Shown here one piece after another: positions 50,826 through 62,900 of a stretch of DNA of 64,000 nt. Position numbers and translations under genes: made by a program. Source of the stretch: Klebsormidium nitens (lineage: Eukaryota > Plantae > Klebsormidiophyceae); the NCBI GenBank assembly GCA_000708835.1, contig DF237417.1, forward strand, positions 1 to 64,000, read 5' to 3'. Positions within the stretch are counted from its first letter, which is position 1; every line of letters begins with the position of its first letter. The notes beneath the pieces are model-generated. The model saw only the letters and a program-made list of their open reading frames with translations. It made no database searches and was not told the origin of the DNA.

Positions 50826-53800
50826 ATGGCTTCTGGGGTCTTGCTGGACTCCTCCCACGATGAAAAGAAGAGGAAATTGTGAGTCATTTCTGGTTGATGT
50901 TTAGGTCTCTATGGAACTTCTCGCAAAATTCACCTTAGGAGGAGTGATGACTGACTCCTTGAGTAACTTTTCAGGCAAGAGTAAGTCTTCTTGTGGTTTG
51001 TCAGTGGAGTTGCGTGCTGAGCAGTGTCAAAGCTTTCAAAAAGTCTTTACTGTTGTGCTGAGTTCAAGCTGAGTCTGTACTACTTGAAGTGATTATCCAT
51101 TTGACTTCAATTGTTGATACTTTCGAAGGGGCGAGCTCGTGGTCACTTTTGCGAAATGCAGCAGGCAGTTTGCTTTCCTCATGAGCTCATAGAGGTTTGT
51201 TCACATCAGCCGTGCTGCTGATCATACATATCATTGTTGGAAGCGACCAGCAGTTGAATGTGTGGCAGTGACGATTGCTCGGTTTAGACAGCCTTTCGCA
51301 CAAGAAGCTAATCTGGCGGCGACACCTCTCATTGTGCTGAGCTGGAATTGTCTTCAGTAAACAGTACTGCCCTTCAACTGCCTTTATGGACATAGTTGCC
51401 CTTGAGAAGCAGTTGTTCGGAAACTGCACTTCATCCAGCTAAATTTGTGAAACTCTGTGGCAGAAAACCCCAATCTGCTGGCTTTTGGCAGGTCACCAGT
51501 TTTGAAACTGACCCTTTCTTTTCGGTTCCCCTACCCCGCACTCTCTTCTCCCCACAATCATATGGTGCCTACCTCATGGGCAAAGCCAGAGAGAATCGGT
51601 CTTTTGCAGGTCTCCTGTCTTATGCACAATGACACAATGACACAGAGAAGCGTTGTTTTGCAGGTCTGATCAGATAAAAGAATCTGCTGACCCCGCATCT
51701 CTTCCTGGCGACATCACATTGTACTCTTTGCTGACATCACATCTGTGGCCATCTGCAGGCAAGAGAGCTCCCTGCTCAGTATGGACATGGACGTGGACCA
51801 TGCCTCCAAGAGGCCCTGTTTAGCAACCGGCAGCGACGGCCAAGTAGGAATGGCCAGGCAAAATCAGAACCCCAGCCAGTGGCAGGGCCCTGCTTTCGAC
51901 TGGGAAGAAGTGCACCGGCAGGCTGATGAGGCGGAGAGTCCGTTAGAGCAGGTCAAAAGGGTGGACTTCCCAAAGACCCTCCGTAGGGCAGAGTCGGAAC
52001 CGGTCTTTGACACAGGGCCCCCCAGGGGAAAGCCTTGGGCGAGCAGCTTTGGGAAGACTAACCCCCAGCTGACCGGGATGGGTAAGCCTAACCCCCAGCT
52101 AAGTGGGATGGTTAAAGGCAGCAACCCGCTCTGGGGGAGTGCCAAGCCGGTGAGGCAGCCAGTGATCATTCAGCCGATGACATCAGCGCCGCTCTTTCCG
52201 CCAACAGCGACGTCTGGGCACACTCCCCCCTCGCCGGACAGCAACACATCGTCCCGCCTCAGCAAGCGCTCGTTCGCGGAGGACGACGGGGCGACCGCGT
52301 CTGGAGCGGGGGTGTCGGGCTTAAGCCACGAGGGGCCCCCCGGCAAGATGACAGCAGGGACACCTTTGAGGCCCGCACCGAAGCACAGGAGAATTTTGGA
52401 GGAGGTCAACAGTAGCAGCGAGGATGAGGGGGATGGCGACGTGGAGCCTCAGACGAAGTCGGTTCTGGCGGAGCAATTTCCAAAAGGGGGGGCCGGCGCA
52501 AGCAGGAACCAGGGGGGGGGAGCTCGAAGCGCCGACAGCGGGAGGCTGCTCCAGAGCAGTGCGCAAAATGCCCCGCTCCATGATGGGGGGTTGTTTGCAG
52601 GGGGCCGGCGGCAGGTCTTTCCCCCCCTGCCGGGAATGATGAAACGGAGCACCAGCCGTGCGGACCTCACAGAGGAGAAGCGGCCGGCGACGCCGTCTGG
52701 GGGGGGTGTGCCGCTGTTTGAGCGGCTGACTCGGGGGCTGCCCCCCGCGGGCGAGAGGTCGGGCGAGTCCGTCGGGAGCGAAAGGTCAGAAGGGGGCCGG
52801 TCTACAAAGGACAAAGAGGAGCTCCGGAGGAAGGAGCTGGATTCGGTACACCCTGCGCTGCGAAGGAGCATGTTTCCTTTGCGCTCAGAGAGTGGTTTGT
52901 CGGGGCTTGGGACGTCAGACCGTAGAGCTCCGGTGTCAAACCTTTCTGGGGGGGTGGGCATAGAAAATGTGGTAAAGCAGGGCTCCGCAGGAGCAAGTTT
53001 TAGGCCGCGGCCACCAATGGGGCGGAGCGGGGTACATTCCACTGGTATAGAAACCCTAGGCGCGGCAAAGTTTGTGTTGCCAAACGGGGTGAAAGTGACG
53101 AAAGCGGCGTCGGACAGCCTGGTGCCGGGGCCGACGCTTACGGACGAGGCGATGCGGGAGCGGACGCTGAACAGCGTCAGCATCACGAGTGAGGCGTCTT
53201 CAGGATTTCTGCTTCAGGATTTTTGGTCGCTATTCTCTTCGAGATCAGTGCGACCTTGTCAGTGCCCGATGGAGCTGCTAATTCGGTCAGGATGAAGGGT
53301 CCTGGGCTCTTGTCTAACCAAGCAAAAGCACAAAGTAAAGGAAAAAAGGGGGTTATTGTTCCAGGGCTGTTGTAAAGGGGTTTGCATTCTGGAGAACTCT
53401 GCCTGTCTGCTGCAAGTACGTTGTTGCCTGCCGAGATTGCATCCACGTTTTTCTGCATGTTGTGATAGCATCCGTTTTGCACCAGTACATTTTCTTTTGT
53501 CAGTGGGAGTAGGCTGAGTGTTTGATGATTGTATGCTTGGGGTTTCAATGCCGAGTTGTTCAACGAGCTCAGGTTGTCTCCTCTCTTCCTTACTAGTCAC
53601 GCTTGATTGCTTAGTGCCGCAACTCGAAGATCGGTAAGGAAGGAGTTGTCTGACCTTGATTTTGCCGCAGCTGAACTTTTGAGTTGCTTTGCATGCAAAA
53701 TTCTGGTGTGCAAAAGCAGGCTAGCCTCAGAAGCATTGCGGGTAGTCAGTGAGTCCTGCTGGTTCATGGGCTTGTTCCCTTTGTCTATCGAAGTGTTGCC

Positions 53801-54203
53801 CGGAAACAGATCTCTTTGTGGAGTTTCTACCAATTTGTCAATTTGGTCGCAGGCGCTCAAGGCAGAAAACAGACAGTGGAAGACGAGTTTGAGGCGTACT
53901 TTGCGATGATGGGCATATCCATGTAGTCTTGTATAGTAGAATGAAGAGTTGATTAGTGGCTTAGGATGTGAAGTCGCGGCCTCCGTGCTGGAGGCCTGCA
54001 CTCAAGAAGTGATTGCCCTTGTACTATCTGCATTAGAGAGTGTTTACTTTGTGGGCGACACAGCGGTGCGTGCTCGACGGAGCTCTGCTTTGCATGACAA
54101 AAAGGAGGAATTAAGCAGGCAGGCTTTAGCCTGCAGGGACACCATCTTAGAAGCGTTATGCAGCAGGCAAGGAGAGGATATGACAGCCCTTTTTGAAGAT
54201 TGA
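50826..54203 (+). CDS. Uncharacterised, largely low-complexity/disordered protein, about 573 aa
   Basis: A 1.5-kb GC-rich open frame (ORF 51745-53295) is almost certainly coding. Phase-consistent model: 50826-50878 (MASGVLLDSSHDEKKRK|gtgagt), 51759-53188 (ctgcag|; donor ACGA|gtgagg), 53965-54203 (CEVAASVLEAC...ALFED*). Outer exons tentative; extra exons possible. Confidence 0.6.
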
Positions 54204-55666
54204 CAGTGATCCTGGCTTAAGCAGACTTTTGGGCTGTCTCGTTGTCTTTGGTAGGTTGAGGTTATTAGGCATCAGACCAATCATCAATGCTTCCGCTTAA
54301 GGAGGTAATTGTAGCCGTTTGCAAACAGTACGTGCGTGCAACTCTGCAGCGCATATGTCAAGAGAACACAGTGTTTGTGGCTTGTTGCGTAAAGGAACCA
54401 CGTCGTGCGTGTGCATCATTCGTGATTCGTTTGCATATGGTAGTAACGAAAATTTAGAGCTCAAACAGCCGCCGCGGTCGGCACCACATGCATATGCGCC
54501 ACTGACTCAGACACATACTGTGCGCGGTATGCATGACGCGGCCGAATCGACGTGCAAGGCAGCGCCGCATGGAATCATTGCATGTAAACAATACGTGCAT
54601 GCAATATCGACCTTAAGTGCACAACAAGTATCCTCAGTGCAAGCGCAATGTGCTCGATCTGCTTAATTGACGTGATCAATTTGATGCATCAGTGTTGCAT
54701 AAAATCCTCACAGAACTGAAGTTCAATTAAGTTCTGCGGTGCTACACTAGTGGTACAGCTGTGGTAGAGAGACTCAGGCTAGATCTACATGGAGTCGCAA
54801 GCCATGAAAGGCACATGGGGCGCTGGTGCATCTGCGATCTATTGAACTTGATTCTCCAGTTTTTGGACAAACGAACTATATCCTGGCGGTATGTACATCT
54901 ATAAGACTACTCTTACTCACCTGGAAAATGGACCCAACCTAACTGCTACGACTCGTTCTTCTAAACTAAGGCCAAAAAGCACATTCGCACCTTCTTTAAT
55001 ACTTCCCGTCTACAACATTATACTTTGTACAGATCTAACCACGAAGATAGTGAGAAAATGCTGCACATGCAAACGAGCATTTGAGCTCGCTAACTGGCTG
55101 CAGGGCCTTTGAACTGCTTTCTTACAACCCTCCAAAAACAAGAAACCTGGAATTCTGCGTCCTCTTCGGCCGACCTTCTCTCATCCACTCTTTGTATCGC
55201 TACATTCTAAAAGCACGCCCGGCTCGGGTCAAAACCGTCTCAAACTTGCTGCTTTTCCTTACTCACCACTTCTCGTGGGTGAAGTTGTGCATTTCTCCGG
55301 ACGCCTGCAATGTGAGAATAATAGGCATCTGTGAATGTGGTTCTCAGGGGGCTGCGGGCTCAAAAACTCTAGAAGCAAAACTTCGTTGCGTGGATCTCCG
55401 TACACATGTGCACAGAAAGCATCGAAGCGAACCTCGATGCATCCCCGCTTTTACATTTCCCTCGTCGTTCACCCTCTCCTTTACTCTCCGGAATCAGGCA
55501 GTTGAGCAGAGAAACAGCGAAACAGAAGCGACTTTTGCATGTCGTTTCCACCACCTTGCAGCCCGCACCAAAGAGAGTAATTCTGAAACTGCAGGTTCGA
55601 CCTGCCGAAAGCCCGTATTTTGACTCCGGAGCCAGCGTCCCTTGCAGTGCGGACAGAGCCGTAACT

Positions 55667-58600
55667 TTAGAGCGACGGAGGCGAAACCAGCCCACGACCG
55701 ACCGAACCCACCTCCTCTAGTTCGACCAGGACGCCATTAGTGTCTTTCGGGTTAAGGAAGACGACGGGGTCTCCGTGCGCGCCAATCTTGGGCTTCCCGT
55801 CACCCAATAAATTGACGTCCGACTCCTTCAAGTGCTGGGCCGCGTGGTTGATATTGTCGACCTGCAAAACGTTGGTAGATGTCAACCATCGGCGAAAGAT
55901 AAGACGCGTTTGTGACGTAACGAAGGGCGGACGGAGAGTAACCAGGGGTTCGGTTCCTTCGCCGTGGGGCGTTTATTGCCAAAGCTTGGCAATACGAATT
56001 AGAACATCGAGCAGACAGGAGCGACAGTACTAATCGGGATAAACAACATGCTCTTACATGCAAGACCTGCAAAATATGCCAAGGCGGAGACGAGGTGCTC
56101 TTCAATTTAAACGGGAGAACAGAGTGTAACAGCGGCGAAGCAATCCTAATGGACGATGGGAAGCTTCAGCAACTTAGCCGGGGTGATGAAAATAAAGGCT
56201 CTGCCGACCCAGCACAGGTGTCAAAGAAAGAAAGCGCGTAGAGCCGTATGAGGATTGGAATGGAAAGGCGACACAACCGGCGTACATTTGGCGAGGGGGG
56301 CCCGGTTTCCGACGGCGTGGTCTGTTTTGAGGAACCCATGACAACGGGACACTAGACTTGGCAAGGCTTGTCTACTGAGTATCCAGGCTGAATTGCGAGA
56401 TTAGCAATTCGTGGCGCGTTTTACGGGAAGAAGTCGGGAAAGACCAGTAAGAACGCTAAATCCTGTTTATCCGAAGTGCATTGCGATACGGACGCACTTC
56501 CAAAGTCAAGGCAAGAGGAGGGGCATGCAGAGACCAGAAAAGGAGAGAAGCAAACGCGCGACTGGAAGAGAGAGAGAAGCGGACGGTCCCAGAACACAAA
56601 GAGAAGCAGAAGAGGATGCGGGAATGACATAGAAAGAGAAGGGGTCAGCTCACGGTGAGGCAGACGTGGTGCAGGCCCCCCCGGGGGTTTTTTTGGAGGA
56701 ACTTGGCGATGGGGCTCGCGTCGCCCAGCGGGTGCAGCAGCTCGATCGTGAGCCCGGGCAGCTTGACGAACACCACCGTTACGCCGTGCTCAGGCTGGGG
56801 CTGCATAAGGGAGGGTGTAACGCTGGTGAGCTTTAGGGTCGTTAACCCTAACTGTTTGGCCGCGATGTACTCGGAGGAGGGGTTGAGAAAAACGAGTTGG
56901 GTTTTGGGTTGGGAAGAGTTGGGGTTGCAAGTTGGGGTTTCAAGCTGGAAAGAGTTGGGGTTTCGAGATCGGGGAAAACGAGTTGGGGTTTCGGGTTGAA
57001 AAGAGAAGTTGGGGTTTGAGTTTGGGAGAAACGAGTAGGGGTTTCGGGTTTGGAAGAGTTGGGCGTTTGGGTTTTGGAGAAAATCGAGTTGGGGTGTTGG
57101 GTTGCGAAGAGTTGCCGTTGCGAGTTGAGGGAAGCGAGTAGGGGTTTCGAGTTCAGCTTGTACGACAAGCAGCACCACGGGTACTGAGTGTGCGGTGACA
57201 GAAGTGAGAAAATCCTGAGAGGATCATGATTCAGCCGAATTGAGGCCCCACGTATGGCCTCGATTTTTACTGTTGCGTACTTGGGAGCGACTGGACGGCC
57301 TTGGATAACTTCGTAATTCCGGTGACGTGAAGCATTACGCTCAACTGATTCGGCAGATTCATCTCGAATCCTTAATTACAGCCGTGTTGACCACGAAGGG
57401 ATAGAATGCACCAATTGTTTCAAGAGGCCCAGGATGGACGAGAGAAAGTGGGAATCAACACAACGAGCAGGTCACAAGAATGAAAGAGGTGGTGTGGCCC
57501 AGAAACATCAAGGTGGGGGGAACTTCCAGGTTCAAGTCAGACCAACGAGGGATGATATGAGAAACCTGGCATTGAAGAGGAGCGACGTGGACAGTTGACA
57601 GCGACGTTAACCTAGGTGTGAGGAAGTAGGATATGTTTCTGAAACCGAACAGGAAGAAGTGACAGAGCAGGGCTGGAGTGGCTGAAGAAGAAACAAAAGA
57701 AGATAACCTAGGTGTGAGGAAGTAGGATACATGTTTCTGAAACCGAACAGGAAGAAGCGACAGAGCAGGGCTGGAGTGGCTGTTGAAGGAACAGGATAAG
57801 AGAGAGAAAAGCGACAGAAGACACAATTGACGGCAAAGAAATAGAAGTGTGCCTGGTGTGCCTGCTCACTTTGGGATTGCTCACGCTCGCCCCAAAGACG
57901 GTGCGGTACTTTTCGGAGGCTGCTTCCAGGTCCGGAACGGCGACGGCGAGGTGATTCAGGCCAAGGACGGAGTAGGGGATGTCTGCGGGGGCGTCTGTCA
58001 TGGTCCAGTGTTCCTCTACCACGTTTGCATGGCTGCAGTATGGGATCTGCAGGATAAACAAAGCGGAATAAGTTTCATCAAGAAAAAAGCTCAAGTGGTA
58101 GGGCTTTCGGTTGTGGCAATGCTCTAAAAATGGGAAAGAAGACGTTCCATTGCCACAGGCTGCTCAAAAGTTGGAAAATGGAAGAAACGAACCACCATAT
58201 CCTAACATTCAAACCAGCACCAATCGGGTTTGCCAAGCCGACAAAGGTATTGGCTGATCAGGTGAGGTCTTCTGTGAGGGCGTGCTCTACTGTAGTTTGA
58301 TTATCTCCATTGTTGATTATTAAGAGCAAGTTATAGATGCACACACAGATTGCCCATTGCATGTTTTTGGGGGGGGAAGTAAGGATGGTGCAACATCCAG
58401 GTTGGAGAAGTGACTCCCTTCAATTGCCGCAAATGGTCAAGAGGGTCATAGGAATCAAGCCGCAGGCTCATACTATCTGGTCAGCTTACGCCCCAATGGT
58501 ATTTGCAAGGGAGGAGGCTAAGGAATGAGCAGAGCTAGGTTGGGGTTGCAAACGAGAAGTAAGAGTGCACCACCAAGATTTTGACGTTCTTTTCGTGCTT

Positions 58601-59380
58601 TTGAGTGTGCATGATGCGCTGCCCTCTTCAAATCACACTCTTGCAGACTCAAAACTTAAGGTTTACAATATGTGAAGTACATGCCATGCCATGATGCAAT
58701 GGTCACCGTCTTAAGTTTAAAATTATTGCTTCGATGCCGCCTCAGATTTGCAAGGCACAACAGATGTATACTGGCCAGAAAACCAATAAACCAGTGGAAA
58801 GGGTGCTGCATCAAGCATGTAGCGCCAAACGAACTTAAACACCACCTTGACAGGTTCGCCCGTAGCTCTCCGCTGGTTCTAAAATTCATTGGAGTTTGCT
58901 GGACAACTCGAATGCACGAAAGACGGGCATTAAGCAGCTCTTCATATCTTCTTCTGCACACTGCTCTGAGTTGCTCCAGCCCAATTAGTCCATGGCTACT
59001 TGATACAAGGAGTAAAAGTGTTCTTTCAGCTCTGGTTTTCTTGAGCTCTTCACATTTTCGACCGAAACTGCCCTGCAACCATGACCAGGTTTTGTTGCCC
59101 CAAAATGCATCAAAGCGACTGCACTTTGACCGACCTGCTTCCCGCTGTTCCTTCTCCAGCTCCCACTTTGAACTGCCCCATGCTTGCCACTCGGTTCCGC
59201 TTCAGCTGCACCTGAAACTCCTGGCCTTTCTGGCGAGGTCCTGTCATTAGACACCGGACTAGCTGCCACCAATTGGTGCATTTGAGAAAATGCACCAGCA
59301 GCAATCCGTCCGTGCAGTTGTCTGAGCGTTACCACCTGTTTGGACATGCCACCAACGCCTAGGCGTCCCAGAAAGGCCAT
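55667..59380 (-). CDS. MCEE: Methylmalonyl-CoA epimerase (VOC/glyoxalase superfamily) with organellar-targeting-like N-terminus, about 254 aa
   Basis: Exons 59380-59135 (tentative), 58046-57870, 56800-56654, 55861-55667 (or a donor after 55712). LNHLAVAVPDLEAA, PEHGVTVVFV, IELLHPLG..SPIAKFLQKNPRGGLHHVC, KIGAHGDPVVFLNPKDTNGVLVELEE match MCEE, including the His/Glu/His/Glu metal ligands. Confidence 0.93.
56885..57152 (+). repeat. Degenerate G-rich minisatellite, about 12 units of ~20-25 nt, core GAGTTGGGGTTTC
   Basis: Repeated aacgagttggggtttc / aagagttggggtttc / aacgagtaggggtttc within an MCEE intron. Confidence 0.9.
57608..57782 (+). repeat. Intronic tandem duplication, 96-nt period
   Basis: taacctaggtgtgaggaagtaggata..tgtttctgaaaccgaacaggaagaag.gacagagcagggctggagtggctg starts at 57608 and again at 57704. 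Confidence 0.95.
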
Positions 59381-59903
59381 TTGGAAGGGGTGCAGTTTCA
59401 AACCAGAGGTTTTCTGAACGTGAAGCAGATCCGCGGAGGGTCTATCAGGAAAGGCTGAGGCTCAAACTAATTGCAGTGCTTCCTTCGCAATTGCGAGGCA
59501 AATGGAGCCTTGGCGGAGGTCTCTTGGACTTGGAGGGAAGAGGAGCCTTTGACACGAAGGAAGGTGGGAGCTGTGCGCTAAATTGTGCAAGCACAGCCTG
59601 AGCGAGCTATGTATAGACTCCAACCTGCTCAGCCCAAACCCTAATCTGGACCAAAGCTTAGCTTTAGACTCTCGATGAATCTGAACTATCGATTTACCAA
59701 AGGTCCGGATCCGGTACATCTGACGCTCCAGAATTTGCCACGTCATTTACCTGCTCCGCTAGGTTCCGAGTTGCTGCTCTTCAGTCGATCTCGCACCTTC
59801 GCTTCGGAATCGCAGTGACGCATTCCCTTGTCCATTGGCATCATTGTCAAAGGTACAGTGGCGTACACAGCTAGTTCCTTGGACGCCACCTCTCCTGACC
59901 ACG

Positions 59904-62900
59904 ATGCAGGCCGTCTGCCCCGCCGCCTCTGCCCCCTTCTCCTCTCTTTCCTCCCTCTCCCTCTGCCACACCTCCAACGGGGCCCGCTTCGCCCTTTTGC
60001 GCCAAGTCAGCCTCTTCCCTCACCCTATTCACTTCAGGCGCTCGCCGATGCCCCCCACCCCTCGAGCACTTTTCAGCGGTCTTAAAAATGCTGTTTCGGG
60101 GGCCCTGAATCAGAGCACTGCGGGTGGGACCACTGCAACCCCCCCCCCAATGGTGGAGCATAACCTCCCCCCCTGGGAGGATCTGGCGGCGGCGCTTCCG
60201 AAGGAGTTGGAGAGCTTGAAAGACAGGGTTCCGTGGGCTAAAGAGAGGCGGTTTGGCCTGGCGGGGGGGAAGGAACCGAGGGTCGTGTTTTACAGGGATA
60301 ATAGCAGCTGGTGTCCGTACTGTGAGCGTGTGTGGCTACAGCTGGAGGAGAAGCAGGTGCCGTATAAGGTGGAGAAGATCAACATGAGGTGAGGAACAAG
60401 ACCGCACTTCTCAGCACTGTGTTAATTTTCTCTTAATGGGCAAATTCAAGTAGAGCTCATTCAGACATAATAAGAGGGCTTCATTTTAGAGAAAATGAAA
60501 TGACAAGGTGAAAGAGAGGGCCTGACCCTGAATTTTATGTAGCTCGCAGCCAAGCGTGTCTTTACTAAGAAGAAAGAATATTTGGAAAGGAAGAATGCTG
60601 GAGGAAGTATTATTGAGTATCCGCTGGAAGAGAGAAAGCTGGGGGGACATAGTTGTGGTCATGGTAATTCCAAAAGAGAGTGATTGCGCTCCCGTTCGTC
60701 TGACCGGAAGGCAGTGGGATACTTTCCACCAGTGGGCTGAGTCATTTAGGTTCAGACTGCAGAATCCTCCATTCTCCTTGCGACTGAAAGTTGGACAAAA
60801 CGTTTGAGACGTCCGTCCTATTCAATATCTTTGCTGTTTTCACAGGACTGGGGAGAGGAGATAGAAGGCAGCTCGCAGCAGACTCTCCGAGGCTGACTAA
60901 CCCGTTTTAACTCCGTATAACCTGTATCGGTTCTGATAGCAAACCCACCCAAGAATCTTTCTTTCAGAAGCCATAGCTTATCATACTCCACCCGTTTATG
61001 TCCTGTCCAGGTGCTACGGCCCCAAGCCCGAGTGGTACACGCGCATGGTTCCCTCTGGTCTGCTGCCAGCTGTCAAGATCGATGGCGAGCTGATCACCGA
61101 GTCTATGGATATCATGCTCCGGCTTGAGCAAGAGTTCCCTGAGCGCTCACTGCTGCCCCCGCCGGGGTCGCAAGAGAGCAAGGCGCTGCAGGTGAGCGAA
61201 GGCTCTCGTCCTGAGTGCAGTGTGTTGGAGCAATGTTATTCGTCGGTTGTATGTAAGCTCTGACCTACCGTGGTGAACCTCAGAGATATCCAGAGATTGC
61301 TATTCAGAATTGAGGCACGCATTGTCCGCGACCTGGAACGCAAGGCCCGCTGTGACGACATGCTTTGGTTGTGGAGGTCGTTCTGTGAGGTCGATACATG
61401 TGAAGAACCGCTTTTACACCTGTATGCGTCAAAGTGGCCATCGGGTTCCAACTTCCGAGCACGATGATCTTGAGCCGTCCGATGGCTTCCTTGTTGACGA
61501 TTGGACGGTTCAAGGTCAGGAACCATGCTTGGAGCATTTGGAAGCCAATGACAGATTTGACAGAAAGAGCTGTAGAAAGACAGTCGAGGGGCCTTTTAGT
61601 GCCCACGAGGGTGGTGCAGAAGCCAGGCCTCTATTCATGGTTTTCCATAAGACCTTTCTCTTGAGCCGGTTATTCAAGCCCTTGTTAACAACCAAAGTCC
61701 AATGAGATCAGCATTCCGGACCGGCTCTTTGACTATGTCACTATTTTTCGGAATATCACCTACAGTGGCACCCAAAATAGACCTGGACGTGATGGCAGGT
61801 CACAATTTTCCCTTTCTGTGAAAGACCTTTGACTGCGTTTCTCCTTGCTGCGAGTGGTGAGCTTTCCCTCTGCATTGCGAAACTTAGCATTTGTGACATG
61901 ACGGGACTCCAAACAGCAGCGTCTTCGAGAGAATCTTCCAAAGTGGTCAGAGTCACGTGGGCCTTGGATCTAAAGCACAGGAGCCTCTGCCCACCTCCTC
62001 AAACTTGAAGCGTCTGCGAGCTGGTTGCAGTTTGTACCCGCACATGTAGCTCCTCACTGATTTCCCACAGCCTCAAATCCCAAGTTCCCCGACGTTCAAA
62101 AAGCTGTGATCATATAACACTAGGTTTTAGCATGGCAGGGCTCGTTGCATCCGGAGTAGCAGTTGTTTGGCAGCTGCGATTCACTCTTCACTCGCAACGG
62201 TAGAACTGCGATTCATTCTTCACTTGCCATCGTAGAACCTGAACCCCCAACCTGTCGACTTTCTCAGACTGTTGTAGTGCTGTACCCGGTGTTGTAGGGC
62301 TTGCTGCTTCTGGAGCGGCACCTGTTGGCACGTTTCCCTCAGTTGGCACGTTTCCCTCTCGCTGTATTTCGCAAAATCCCGGACATCTCAGAATCTCATA
62401 AACCCTTAAACCTTGCTACCCGGAACCGATTTCACAGGGCGCGCTCCGCCAGGGGCGACAATTGTCCGGTAGCTGACTCCACTTCATTACCAGTGGGTTA
62501 GCCGACCACATGTTACGCATCATACCAGCAACATTCTACTTTGGAATCCTCGATGCCGCAAATTTATTCAACCTGACCCGAAACCTCGAAACTCTGACTT
62601 CGCGTCTGTAGGGCCTGCTCCGCTTGGAGCGGCAACTCTTCGGCAGCTGGCTGCGCTTGGGTGGGGCGACGGAGCGACTTACAACTCTGCGCCCGCAACC
62701 CTTGAGTTCGAGTCTCAGAGCTGCAAAAATCCCGGAAACCTTAATTTAACGTTCATAACCCTGGGTTTGTTTTTGTAGGGCTTGCTTCGCCTGGAGCGGC
62801 AACTCTTCGGCAGCTGGCTGCGCTTCATTACCAGCGGGTGGGGCGACGCCGGCAACGGGCAGCGCTTCGAGGAGACCATGGCGGACGTCGACGGGGCGCT

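Noticed and set aside
4230-53060. Scattered AAACCCT(A) telo-box-like words (e.g. ~4240, ~35398, ~44275, ~53051)
   Set aside because: Isolated, mostly intronic or coding, and not positioned at promoters; no telomeric array.
45359-53186. Long antisense or alternative-frame ORFs (e.g. 45359-46015 +, 52449-53186 -; likewise 15108-15761 +, 29353-29745 +)
   Set aside because: They are shadows of GC-rich coding exons on the opposite strand.
41495-62690. CRISPR-like reading of the regularly spaced arrays
   Set aside because: Eukaryotic context, periods of 110-175 nt, degenerate repeats derived from adjacent exons, and no cas genes.
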